From contig CATNEN010000005.1 of the NCBI GenBank assembly GCA_950097015.1, positions 3,348,001-3,412,000 on the forward strand: DNA of 64,000 bases. The letters are read 5' to 3'. Shown piece after piece: positions 22,501 through 35,800 of the stretch. This DNA is from Macrostomum hystrix. Lineage: Eukaryota; Animalia; Platyhelminthes. The notes beneath the pieces were generated by a model, which made no database searches, had not been told where the DNA came from, and was given only the letters and a program-made list of their open reading frames with translations. A program made the translations under genes and the position numbers. Position 1 is the first letter of the stretch. Every line of letters starts with the position of its first letter.

Positions 22501-25045
22501 ATTCACAAACCTAGTAGCGTTGACATACTCCAGACTGCCTGTGGCATTCAGCTTATTCCTGCCAACCTCCAGATGGCACTGCGACTCAGGGAATGGATCG
22601 ATAATGCCGCCGAATCTGCCATCGCCGGCCATGTGAAATGCGCCGTCAACGGCTAGCAGGACAACTTTGCGAGAGTTTGAACGCCAGCCAATTTGCTGCC
22701 GACAGATGACAGCCTGCAGCAGGGCATCTAGTAAGCCTTCGGGTGCGTCAAGATTGGCCGAGATCGTCTTGGCCGCTGTCACCTGGGGGGTTGGATTCGA
22801 GTGAAGGATATCATAATGACTAACGAATAGGAGAATGGGATAAAAAAATAAGGACCAAGAGAAAATTTTAAGGATAAAGGAGAAGAAACGTGTGAGAATA
22901 GGAAAAAACAGTGAAGGAAAGAATCGAGAAGCACGAAACAAGAAATGAGAAATAGAAAGAAAGTAGAATGGGATAATAAATACTATGCGAAGAAGATAGG
23001 GGATAAAGTGAAAGAAACGGGTGTGAATGGGATAATTATAATCATGAGAATATAATAAAGGATAAAGGGGAAGAAACAGCTTAGATAATGGGATAAAAAT
23101 AATCGTGCGAAGGGGATTAGGGATAAAGAGGAAAAAAGCTTAGAGAATGGGATAATAAGAATAACGTGAAGTGGATTAGGGATAAAGAGGAAAAAACCTT
23201 AGAGAATGGGATAATAAGAATAACGTGAAGTGGATTAGGGATAAAGAGGAAAAAACCTTAGAGAATGGGATAATAAGAATAACGTGAAGTGGATCAGGGA
23301 TAAAGAGGAAAAACCTTAGAGAATGGGGTAATAAGAATAACGTGAAGTGGATTAGGGATAAAGAGGAAAAAAACTTAGAGAATGGAATAATAAGAATAAC
23401 GTGAAGTGGATTAAGGATAAAGAGGAAAAAAGCAAAGAGAATGGGATAATAAGAAGGGGATCATGCGAAGGGGATTAGGGATAAAGAGGAAAAAACCTTA
23501 GAGAATGGGATAATAAGAATAACGTGAAGTGGATTAGGGATAAAGAGGAAAAAACCTTAGAGAAGGGGATAATAAGAATAACGTGAAGTGGATTAGGGAT
23601 AAAGAGGAAAAAACCTTAGAGAATGGGATAATAAGAATAACGTGAAGTGGATTAGGGATAAAGAGGAAAAAAACCTTAGAGAAGGGGATAATAAGAATAA
23701 CGTGAAGTGGATTAGGGATAAAGAGGAAAAAAACTTAGAGAATGGAATAATAAGAATAACGTGAAGTGGATTAAGGATAAAGAGGAAAAAAGCTAAGAGA
23801 ATGGGATAATAAGAATCATGTGAAGATGATTAGGGATAAATGGGAATAAAATGTTGAGAACGGGATCCAGGACCCGTTGAAATTTGATAAAGAAATCATT
23901 ATCATATCACGCAATGAAAAGCAGACAAACCTCTTTAAGTTGGGTAGCATTCTTGCTCAAATTCATAGCGTGAATATAGCTGAAAGTATCGATGCATCGC
24001 TCGCCAAATCCCAACGAGTCGCAAGGCGTTGCGGATGGATTAGGCTGCACGTAGGGGAACACCGGCTTGTCAACAAAGAAGCCCACACCGATGCGCCAGT
24101 TTTTAGTCAGCTCGCCAAGGGTCTGTTGAATCTTCTCGGACATGTTGGCTACTGAGTGTAAGAAATCGCGCATACTGTGACTCTTGTCAGATAGAATGTA
24201 CATGTCAACGGGATAGTTCTCGGCCTGTTTAAACTCGAATTGCAACTGAATCGGGTGATGAGTCCTGGCCCAAACGCTAATATTCTGCGGCTTGATCTGG
24301 TTGCTATCGCTTAGAGGCTTATCCAGCATGATCTGCGAATAAATAAGAATGTCGATTACAAAATTGCTTTACAGGATAGGACAGATTTTGTAGGGTATAA
24401 CGTATTTGTCAAGAGGATGTTTTACGCTTCATTGATGATTTTTTTATTTTCCGTTTCCCGGGTTTTCGTGATTTGCTTTGCGTTTCGAAATTTTCCGGGT
24501 TTTCGTGATTTCTTGAGGGTTTGGTGATTTTCCGGGTTTTCGTGATTTTATCCAGATTTTTTTGCCTTTGCGTTTCCTTGCTCTGTCATTTCCGTCAGGT
24601 TCTCGTGATTTTTCTAAATTATCGGGTTTGTTTCGTGTTTTATTTCCGAGTCGTCGTATTTTTTCCTGGGATTTTGTGATTTATTATGCAATTTTTGTAA
24701 TTTTTCGCAACTACTATTAAATAGTAGTAAATCAAGCTTGATATCACGGTACCATTTTCCATTCAAAAGTAATAAATGGAAAATTACCTCCGCCCGGCTA
24801 ACAGGCGACTCCATAGAAACGCAGCCGCGTCTTTTTAGCTCAACATCTGTGCCGCACCTGTACTGAGGACCTTTGCGCGAATCGTCAAATGTTTCATCGG
24901 TGCACCAACGACACGAGCTGTGTAGTTTGATGCAAGCCGAACAGCTCGTCAGAGGAATGTCGACGGAACAAGGAGAAACTGATGAGGCGCCGACTAAAGC
25001 AGCTGAGCATACGCATAGTAGGCTCAAAAATAGAATTCTATTCAT
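16528..25045 (-). CDS. Integrin beta subunit, 6 exons, 818 aa
   Basis: Exons 25045-24788, 24332-23931, 22782-22511, 19849-19343, 18568-17954, 16930-16528 (2457 nt, phases consistent). Signal peptide, PSI domain, MIDAS DKSHS, ISANLDAPEG...IGWR...FHMAGDG, FDYPS, Cys-rich I-EGF repeats, TM, tail WKLLITISDKREYAKF with NPVY and NPLF. Confidence 0.97.
17190..17873. repeat. 20-bp minisatellite (CAGGTGACCCTGAAATAACT) in integrin intron 5
   Basis: Tandem periodicity; degenerate at the low-coordinate edge. Confidence 0.95.
18590..19295. repeat. ~20-bp minisatellite (GTGACTCAGATGACCCAGTT) in integrin intron 4
   Basis: Tandem periodicity. Confidence 0.95.
19880..22130. repeat. 33-bp minisatellite (GGGGTATCGAAGTAAGACTCAAGGACTGTAAAT) in integrin intron 3
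   Basis: About 65 units; the degenerate GTATCGAAG motif persists to ~22480. Confidence 0.97.
23100..23830. repeat. 59-bp purine-rich minisatellite in integrin intron 2
   Basis: Unit GGGATAAAGAGGAAAAAACCTTAGAGAATGGGATAATAAGAATAACGTGAAGTGGATTA. Confidence 0.93.
24450..24620. repeat. Short degenerate repeat (TTTTCCGGGTTTTCGTGAT) in integrin intron 1
   Basis: Several imperfect copies. Confidence 0.7.
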
Positions 25046-27249
25046 GATTTCTTTAATGGTTAATACTTCTGTGCTCTAGTTTGTATTAACTGGAATGCAA
25101 AAAATTAACAGATATAATCTTAGTAACTACTGGTTTCAAACTGTGTTAAATAGTAAGCATAAATAAATAAAATTGATCAGAACCCATGAATAGAATAGGA
25201 TATGATTGCCTGATGTTTTGTATCAGTTGCTCACATTGCTTATTATCTGCATACTATACAGCAGATGTTGAAGCTGTTTTGCAATTTTCAGTAATGCTAA
25301 TAAATTATAAGATTCCTTTTAAAGCACCTGTTTTAACCCATTTATCAAAGTTATAAAGCACTATTACAAAGTTGCATGCTAATAACGTTGATTTGTTAAC
25401 ATATGTACACATATGAGTCATTCAAGTGTCCCATTATGAGCACAAGAATGGGTCTAGCTGTTTGTACTACAAAATGATATTGGCTAGTACTTTTTATTTT
25501 GAAATGTGTGTTCTCTTTGAAATGTGAAAGAGAAACAAAGATGTTTGGTAAGGCCAATGCTGATAATTGGTATTCTTTGTGAATTGTGCATGTCTAAAGT
25601 AGCCACATCAACATTTAGTGACTAGACTGTCAATAATTTAAATTAAGTCTGATATGGACATTAAAATTAATGAAACATTGACTAAGAAATATATATTGAA
25701 TAAACTTATTTTACTTTAGCTCAACTCACATTTCACTGTGATTAATCATTTCACATTTGGTCACACAAACTGGGTTTGTGTATATTCCAGAGCAAAATTC
25801 AAACTATCTGTTGTAAAAAAATCAAATCTACAGAGGCCATTGTGGAGTTTCTTGTGCAACCAATGCAGTTGCAGCAGAAAATTAGCAGTCATAATAAGAA
25901 CATGCTCATGCTACAAACAAAACTAAACTGGACACTGCCTGCAGTTGAAACAGCATCTAGCAAGCTGCTGCTGGACCAAGCTGCCCATTATACCCACTGT
26001 ACTTGGGAGTTATATTGCCCATTTTTGGTCCCCATGCTTTTAAGTCCAATTGAACTCCATAAAATAGTGTGCCTTTTTACTTATGCATAGTAGCTTTGTG
26101 GCAACTTTAAATTTATTTTATGTGCTTAAATACTTGAGTTTTATTTGTTGAACTTAGGGTGCTACTTATGCTTATGTTAGGGTTACAATGTGAATGTAGA
26201 ATATAGAACACAAGAACACAGCAGGTGCACATAATACATAGACAGTGGCATACACCATGCAATCAGGAAATAGGACATCAGAATTTTGGCATGCACAGAT
26301 CCCCTTGCCCAGATTTTATTCTAACACATTCTAGCGCCAACATTCCATGTTTTGTACATTATAATTAGATCTTCATATAGCTTTCTTTACTAAATTGCCT
26401 ATCAAAAGTTTGAAATGTAATAACCTACAGACTAGTAAACTTATCTTGACGTTACACTTGTGTGTTCCTCTTGCAATTAGGATTTAATTAATGAACATAT
26501 TAATTAGTATTAGCTTTTTCTCCCCAGCTTAATTAAAAAGCAGTGCGATTTTATTTCATTTTCAACATATTACCATTTGAATTAAAAAATCTAGTATTTC
26601 ACAAGACCTACAAGCTTCATTTAGCTAAATAATAAGAGTTCATTATGCTAGTAAACTAACTACAAAGTTCTGAAAAGTCTAAATTTTGGCTCATAGATAA
26701 TTAATACCTAAAAATAACTCTAAAAACATTGTCTGTGAATTGGATCATAGACATTGACTATAAGAAAAATGTATGAAGATCATATTGTAATATACAAACT
26801 TTATAAAATTTGGTAGAGCAACATGTTAGGCAAGTAAAATCAAAAGAACAGCTCTTCATATTTGATTCCAGTCAAAAGCTGTCACTATTTGAAATGTGTG
26901 TTCTCAGATTACGAGAAATTAAAACTTAGGCCTACCTATACCTGTAGTGTATTTTTGGCCTTACATTTTTTCTAAGAAACCTGGTTTCCCACCCTAATCC
27001 TAATGGTCATTTTATCAACCAGGTTTGTAAATTTCTAGTTAAACTCTGCTTTACTGATATAGTTGTAAAAGTGATTTTAACAAATTCAAGTGAAGGCCTA
27101 TGAAAGTAATCATGACAATGGCACTGGCAGCCTGGCCCATTGATTGAAGCATCTATAATTCAAGCACCAAAGCAAAACGTATAGAAGCAAGAGAACTAGA
27201 AAGAGCTTAGCTTTGTCAGAAAGCTGCAAAAAGGGGTTCATTCGGTTGA

Positions 27250-28367
27250 CGGTCATTTCGTCTGCCGCCTTTTCGTCTGCCGCCTTTTCGTCTGCCAATA
27301 TACGATATAGTCGTTTCGTCTGCCAATATATATAATATATAAATCGGAATAACTAATTATGTCATCAAGCTTCGCATAGAAGTGTAATGTGAATGTCTTA
27401 TTAATTATAATTTATTATAATGCTAGGATTTTTCTGAAAGTTCCGGAGCTAATATGTTGCATATAAATACACAAAGCCAGAAGCAAATATCTCGAACCGT
27501 TTAGTTTCCTTCCAACTTTCTTTTTTCCATTATGTAAACTCATATGCCATAGTCCGGATCATGCTGGACTTACGCCGGAGGAAAAATCCAACATTTTTTG
27601 GCACTTACGCCAGACTTACGCCAACCAAAAAAGGTCCCTCTGACTTACGCCACCCAAAAAAAGGTCCTTCACAAATCATGTTAATCGGTGATTAATTAAA
27701 TTCAGAAGTTGCAACTGTTTAAAAATCTCACAAGTTGCAAATTCTTAATCAAGTATCAAAGTAAGCATCTTAAAGCTAAAAAAACTTTTGCTATCCTACA
27801 ATAGATATTCTGCTATCTCATTTATACGAACTGCAATATTTTAATGAACTTTGTTTTAATGCTGCTCCAAATTAACGCAAACATCATAATTAACGCAAAT
27901 GTGTTATGTTCTATAGTGATACATTTGATCGTGAATGATCTCATTTGTGCTAACATTTACGCCACTTGATTTATGCCATGTACTTACGCCAAGCACTTAC
28001 GCCAAGGCACATTTTGGCCTATACTTACGCCAAGCACTTACGCCAGCCTCCGATCCCAAACCAGATTTACGCCGGAGATCTCCGGCGTAAACGACATGAT
28101 CCGGACTATGGCTCATATGCAATTTATTCACGAATACAAGTAGCTTAAATGCACAAAGTGTAAAATATAAGGAGCAATCAAAATCAACATATGTATCAAT
28201 GTATCAATATAAATAAGAAAAAATACCTAAAACTTGCTTATACTAATTTATTTTAATTCCCTACATAAAAAATACTAAATAAGTTAACCAAAATAAACAT
28301 AAATAAAAAAGTCGTTTCGTCTGCTAAAATTCTTTGGCAGACAAATAGGCGGCAGACGAAATGACCG
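27250..28367. mobile_element. MITE with 21-bp TIRs (outer element)
   Basis: CGGTCATTTCGTCTGCCGCCT at 27250 and its reverse complement ending 28367; subterminal TTCGTCTGCC repeats; possible flanking TTCATTC duplication (27237, 28375). Confidence 0.75.
27547..28111. mobile_element. Non-autonomous DNA transposon (hAT- or P-like MITE) nested in the outer MITE
   Basis: Perfect TIR CCATAGTCCGGATCATG / CATGATCCGGACTATGG, 8-bp TSD CTCATATG on both sides, many internal CTTACGCC motifs. Confidence 0.9.
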
Positions 28368-29877
28368 CAGACCATTCATTCTCCTTAACAATAGCATAGG
28401 CCTATAAACAACATCTATTGAGTTCAGTCACCAGTTTGACCAATGCTAAGTGATTATGCCTATGCAACAGTACCACATTTTTTGTGCCATGGCTTGGGCT
28501 ATAAGGTAGGCCTATAAAATATACAGATAAAATACAATATAATAATGAAAATATAGAGCTTAAAACTCAAAACTGTAGGCCCCCACTTATTTTACTGAGA
28601 TAATGCAACTGAGCTAATGCACAAGGGAAATAAAAAGGGCACTGGCTGCACAAATTTTAAATAAAGAATAAAAATTCTTATTCATAAGCCTCTTTATATA
28701 GCAGTTATAGCATTGCCATTTTGCTATAGGCATAGGGGGGATGGATAGGGGTAGGGGGCTAGTAGCCTGCCTACGTAGGTTATATATATATACATAGATA
28801 TAGCTTTTTAGGCGTACTGAACATGTTAATAGAAAAGCAAAAATGTTTGGTATGTCCTAAATAGTTTCAATTGTGAGTTTTGTATGTTTGAAGCAGCAAT
28901 GTGTAGGTATCAAGCCAATCAACAGACAACAGCGACCGCTTTAGATTGATTAGCACCGAAACGATCAAAACGCTTACTAAGAAAACCCGCAAAACGAGTT
29001 TCCTAATATGGACAGCACTTTAAAACAAAAAAGTTTAAATTAATAGCAAAATAAAATTTACTCAACACTTTTTCATTGCTTTTAGCAACAAATATACACG
29101 AATAACAGGTTAAGGTCTAAATTTTGTATAAAATCAATATACATCTATCGCCTAGTCTTAAATATTTAACAATTGCAAAACTAAATTAATTCTAAACTGT
29201 TGCATTTGGTCAAACTAAGCTTGAGTCGGCAAGCTTGCATTAGCTTTTTCTATTCCATTCCGTATCCTTAATAAACTGAAACAGGTTTGTTGCTTATTTA
29301 TATATTTTTACTATTAAAGAACATAGGAACCTCTGTAAAAAACATGAATTTGAAAAACTTTCACACCTTTAATTTTTATGTAATGTATATTTGTCATTAG
29401 AAACTAAAATTTATACCCATGGTAAACAGGTTGCAATTTACCTAATGTGATTTAAAAATTAAGTATTTTACATTGCTGCTTATATTAAAGTTATTTGACA
29501 TTGCTGTATTGTTGCATCAACATAATTGAGAAGTGAGAACAATGTAAACATTAATTTTTAATCTATAAATTGCATTGTTATCTTATAAGCTGTAACGTTC
29601 ATGAAATCATGGGTAAAAATTGTCTTTTTGTACATTTTTGTCATTAGGTAGATAATTAAATAAACATTTTTAGGATGTTTAGTTATTAGTTAAATTAATT
29701 ATGGTCAAAAACATGATTTATTGTATTCACTTATTCCTATGTATTATAATAATTTCTCTGCTGCAATTGAAATTTAAGCTAAATACGATTTTCTTTATTT
29801 TTTCAGACTCAACACACTAAGAGATAGTCAGCTGGAAAGCGTGTAAATATTATTCGCAACGGACACAACCGTGCGCT

Positions 29878-32800
29878 ATGGCTGTCCTTCTGCCAGTGAC
29901 ATTTGAGCCGCAATCGTCCATGAGCCTAAGTAGCCTGGTGACATCCATTGAGTACAAAACTGGAGCTCTCTACGATGGTGACGTCAGCGATCAAGCGAAA
30001 CAAGGCACTGGAGTTTTTACCTGGCCAAATGGCGATACTTACTCTGGCGAGTTTTCTAATGACAAAAGGAATGGCAAAGGTATTGATTAATCTTGTTCAT
30101 GATTATGTCGCCCATTGAAGACAGTTATAAACTTTAAGCGAATTTTTTTTCTAGGCGAACAAGTTTGGTACGATGGAGACCGTTACAATGGCGAGTATCT
30201 TGATGACCTACGACACGGCTTTGGCGAGTATCACTGGAGCAATGGAGAGGTGATTTAATTAAGTTTTATTCGCTTTTAAAAGTATCCGAGAGAGTAAAAA
30301 CGAGCAATGCAAAAATGTTACATACAAATTATTTTCTTTTTAAAAACACTTTCCTAGCGATACGTCGGCCAATTCTACAAAGACCATCGGCATGGGCCAG
30401 GCAAGTACACATGGGCGGATGGCAGCAGTTTTGTTGGCACCTACTACATGGACCGCAAAGAAGGCTACGGCACGTTTTGCTATGCCAACGGCGATAAATT
30501 CGACGGCCTGTATCGGGCCGATGAGCGCGAAGGACCCGGTGTTATGACTTACGCCGACGGCAGTCAGGATGTCGGCCTGTGGCACCGCGAGCGCCTGGCT
30601 CGCCTACTGACGGAGGTGTCGAACACTTTCAGTCTAGCCGACCACCCGGAGTTGGCCTACGACCCAAGCCGCGGCCGGCTGCGCCTACAAGCCGAGGGTC
30701 GACCAGACGCTCAGCTTGACGCATTCTTGGAGGCGATCGTCAACCCGCCGCCAGAGTGGTCGTACGATCCGGCGGCGGCCGACCGAGTTCGGTCGCGCCT
30801 CGACGGCGAAGTCCTCACGGCCGGCCGGCCAGACAGTGCCGCATTCAACCGGAAGGAATCCGATGCCAACTTCAGACGCTCCACCGGCCTACCAGAAGAG
30901 GCCGGGAATGAGCTCGTTGATGAAGACGCTGCCGCGGAGGCTGAGACACCGGCAGTGGAAGCTGAACACCACGAAGGATCTTCGTCAGCGAATCACTCGC
31001 CTTCACACCAGCATCATCATCACCAGAAGGCGTCGCCAAAGAAGGCTGGCGCGAGTAGCAGTCCTAGCAGGTAGGGTTTGGTCGTTTAAGCTAAAATTTT
31101 GCTTGCTGTTACAAGATAATTTTTAGTTTAGCTAGAATATCAATTAACTTACATCCTAACAGTAGTACTACCAAGCCATTTTGCCGCCCTTTTTATACAA
31201 AGGAGAGGGAATTCCCCCCTGTAAATTTTTTTGGCAGCGCCTGAATGCTAACAGCGTTGGGTGGTGACTGATTGGTTGACTTACTAGACGATGGTGTCCT
31301 GTGGTTGAGCTGCGTCTAACATTTAGGCTTGATCAGTGAAATCGGAGAAATTCGCGTCAGGGTGTCCATAGTGGCCTATTTCCACCAGTTGTAGCCCTTG
31401 AAGGTCCAGCAAATCCGTTTAGATAAAGGTAGGTGATCACCGAAAATGTAGATGATGCAGGCACATTCAGGTGACATGCAGATAAATTTTGAAGGCCTGG
31501 CAAGGCCGCACTGAGGCGCCGTGCTAATTCGTGTATAGGGGTGTATGAAATACACTAGCGCTTATGTTAAAAATCAGACCTTTGGCCAGAACCTTTGAAT
31601 ATCTCGTCTTGATTCTTATTTCAGTAGATGCAGCACAAAAATTGTCAGGGGTAGTTCTACTAAGTAATTGGCAGTTCTTCGCCTAAACAATTTCAAGGAG
31701 TCCAAAACGTGGTTCTCCAAGCCGGCGCCACCAGCCATCGAATAAGTCAGTGAAACGCGGCGGTCGATCCACAGTCGACACCCCCGACGACAAGTCATCG
31801 ACCGGTCCGTTAGCGGTGACAGACGACCCGACAAAGAAGTCGACGGTGGAGGCTTGGAACCCGACGCCATCTAGTGTGGAGATGCAGCTGCACGCTATTC
31901 GATTTAGTCGGCTTCAGTCGCGAGCCGGTTTTGACGTCGATGCCGTTCTGCGATCCGATAGGAGCGGCTTCTGCCAGCCGGTGAGACATTTATCCTCTTT
32001 TATGAGCTTTATTGCGCAATGTTCGCGTACTAGATGGCAACTATTCCATTATGATTTCCAATGGCGGGGGCTGTTAGACTGATTAGAGGACTAGCGAAGG
32101 GGGATTTTCCAGCAAATCATCAGCCCTCGTTCTCAGGGGATGCAGCAACGCACCAAGGACCCTGAGCTCGAGGCCATATTCATTTGGGTCGCAGCCGCGG
32201 AGAGGAGGCATGTTGGGAGGCTTGTCGTGCAATTTACGCCCTAGAGAGCCAACCACCGTTTGGGCAGATGTGCAAACCTGTGTGAGCGTGTGCCTGTGTA
32301 CGGTATCTGTGTACGTGTGTGCTCAGGACTCAGCGAAAAGGGCAGAAGTGCCGCCACGCTGTCTGCGGGTCTTGTGTCGCTAGATGATGTGTCCGCAGCC
32401 CTCATGCAAATAAAAAAATAAAACAAATGAACTCAAAATACCGGTGGTACAAAGCTTCGCTATCGGAGCTATTCAAAGTCTTGTTGGACGCTCATTGCAA
32501 CAGACTTACTTTCTTTTCGTTTTTTTACTAAAAAACTTTCTCGTTCAATAAAATAATAAAGGGTCCGCTCGAACACCGCTCGTTGGAGCTTATCCAAGCG
32601 GCCAAGGCGGGTGACCTAGTCGCTGTTCGCTGCCTCCTAGCGGCTGGCGACATCGACCCGAACGTGTCGGACCGACTGGGCAAAACGCCGCTACTTTGCG
32701 CCAGCGTTAACTGGCATCGCCAGGTAGTCGACTGCCTGCTAGACGCCGGGGCTGATGTGAATCGACTCAGCGACGAGGGCGTGTCCTGCCTGGTGGCCTG

Positions 32801-35800
32801 CTTTGTGCACTTCTATCCTAGCGACAAGTTTCAGAAGAACATCGCTGAGAGTCCAGTGAGTATTTCGTAATAACTGCGAGTAAAAAACTAACAAGCTCTT
32901 GTAAATCAGCTAACATATGGACAAAATGTACCTAAACTAATAATAATAATATTTACTGGAGGGCTGCGGGCAATGGCACATAATATGGCGTCACTTGACC
33001 CGCAGCCAGCGAGGAGGCCATTCTGCACACACGCACACAAATACTGTACGCAGGCAAACGCTCACACAGGGTGTGTTCTTCTGCCCTGACTTCCTCATCG
33101 TCAGGCAGTGTACACTTTCACTGTGACTAGGAGGTCGACAAACCCCCAAGCCTTCTCTCCGCGGCTGCATCCAAAATAAATGTCGCGCGAGAGGCAAACG
33201 CGTTAACGCCATGCTACTCACCCATTGCCTAAACTATAAAACTCCCTTCCAAATCGGATTCATCAAGAAGTGACAATAACGAAGCTTTCTCCGAATCCAG
33301 GTGAAGCGACTCACAGAAGAGGAGCAGAAGGTGTCGGCGCCGCGAAAACCGGGTGCTCTGCCACCGGTCGTCGAAGGCAAAGGCAAACCTGACGAGATCT
33401 CCAACGGGCTTCACCAGCCTGGAGCTTCCATTGACCGTCTAGTTGACCCGGTTGTGGGAGGCGGTGGCGGAGGTCGGTTCGCCGGCACTTTGACCGGGGC
33501 CAGGCGTCCAGATTTCGGCGCTCCGGCTCGGCCGGGTCGTCAGCAGCGCAGCTGGTCCGTCAGCGACGATGAGGACAATGACTATGACGACGAATTTGAT
33601 GATCCTGACGACAAGAATGGCCAACGCGGTGCTCGCGGCGGTCGACCAAAGCCGGACGACGCTGCCGAATTGGCCAGCGCTGTAAGCGTTGACTCCGCTT
33701 CGCCGCGTCCCTCGGAAGATTTCGAGAGCACCGACTCGCTGGCTAATTACAAGATCACGGTGCCCGAGGAGCTGGTTCGACGGGCTGCCACAGTGTTGAG
33801 CAGCAATCAGCTCGTTGCCAGCCGAGTGGCCTCCTCGATGGTGACGCGCAGTACGCCGCAGACCGCTGCTGCTGGCAACAGTCTGACGGCGGAGTCCAGC
33901 GGACAGGAGGGCCGGACTCGGGAGATGGCTGCTCAGATGGCTAAGTAAGCGTTCGCATGCTATTGATGCTGGTGAAATCTATGATTTTTTCAACAGATTG
34001 TGCTCAAAGCGAGTGTCAAACAACTCACTCCCAAACCAGGCACAAGCTGATGTCAGACACTGTACACCTGCTGCTGGAACGCGGAGCCGATCCCAACGCA
34101 TCCCTAGTCCCATTCCCGGCTTTATTCTTTGCTGTCAAATCTGGCGACGTCGACATGACCCGCCAGCTGTTGCTACGCGGCGCCGACGTCCGTGCTCGTC
34201 TCGATGCGTCGCGGGCCGGCCTGACGGCATTGCACATTGCTGTCGCTCTGCCCGGCGAGCCGAGTGTGGCCATCACGGAGTTGCTGCTGCACAGCCTGGC
34301 CTACCCGGATGCGAGAGCCGTTCCGGACGATTCGTTTCTCGATCGCACCCTGGAGGAGGACTGGTCGCGAGACGAGATCACGGACGAGCAGCGAATGCTG
34401 CTAGGCGGAAGGACGCCGCTGCAGATCGCTGCGTCTAGAGAGGACGACCACAGGGTTCGTTGATCCAGCTGCGAAATTTGCTGTAAAATTTGCATGAGAA
34501 GTCTTTGAGAAGTTCATAGTGCTCATGGGACGGGAGGTTGTGCTATAAGAGGATCAAATTTTAGTGCGGGTTGTGTAGAGGTTGTGAGTTCGAATCTATT
34601 TCCCTCCCTGGGGAAAGGACCGCTAGAAAACGAAGAAGGACGAGACACTTATTTTCTTGGAAAATCTATTAAAAGCAGATTTTCACACGGAAAATACACT
34701 AGTTAGATTGGAACATTTCACGTTTTTCTCATTAAAATGGTAAGAGCTTAAAAAAGAATTTAAAATTATCTGAATCTTAAATAACTTTTAAAATAATTCT
34801 AAAAGTCGTTGAAGTAGCCTTAAAAGCTGAAAATATGAAGACGTGAAAATGTCCTATCTCGCTAGTTCATTTTTCCCGTTAAAATCCGTCTTTTATACGT
34901 ACATTTTCCAAGAAACAGAAATTTTCAAATATTTTTTTCCAGAGCTTTCAAAAAAACAAATGTTTTGCCAGTTGCAGCCATAAATAATTCATTGAACATC
35001 AAGCATATTTGTATTTAGTATGCAACTTTTTGTCAGTTCCATTTATAATAATTACGCAGTTATAAAATGATTTTTCATTTGCTCGAGGATCAAGCTGTAC
35101 ATTAGTTCTACAATCCAAAGTAAGTAGAAATCAGGAAAATGTCTTGACCTTAGTGTCGTGAAGTATTTATCCAGAAGATATTATATGATCACATCACTGG
35201 TATGGTCGAGTCTTTATTATAAATTAACGAGATGCACTGATTTAAAAATAACATATTCTACACAGGCTTTCACAAATTTATTTACGCCTCACAGCATCAC
35301 GCATATGTTGCTAAAAAATTAAGTCATGCTACACACTTACACTAAAATGTAATATCGTGATTCTCTTTCATTTTTTCCAGCGCACCCATCTGATTGTGCG
35401 TCTCCTACTCCAGCACAATGCCAACCCGAACCTGCTATGCAATGGGAACAATGCACTGACACTTGCTGTTCAGAGTGGCAACGACTTTGTAAGTCATAAT
35501 TTTATTTGTTTTCTTTGATTTTGATTTTGATTTTCGTCTTGAAACCAGATATGGATCTACATTTTTTAGCCTTCACGATGAACTAACTTTCAATGCCATC
35601 AGAGTCATAGATAATGTGTGCATTTGAAGTACCCTGTAGTCTTTCTACTTTTATTGAAGCCATGATGAAACTGGTAAATCTATATACATTTATGTACTAG
35701 CACATCAAGGCAAAGGCGGTAATAATGATGCTTCAAGGCCACGTTAATAATTTACATTGACGGTTTGAGTTCTGCAACTCTACTTGTTTTACGTAGAAAC

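Noticed and set aside
31150-31610. GC-elevated stretch in ANKMY1 intron 3 as a hidden exon or gene
   Set aside because: All frames are interrupted by stops and no recognisable motif is present; probably a decayed repeat.
33998-34438. Alternative ANKMY1 exon start at 33997
   Set aside because: It gives a non-homologous frame; the acceptor at 34039 restores the ankyrin frame.
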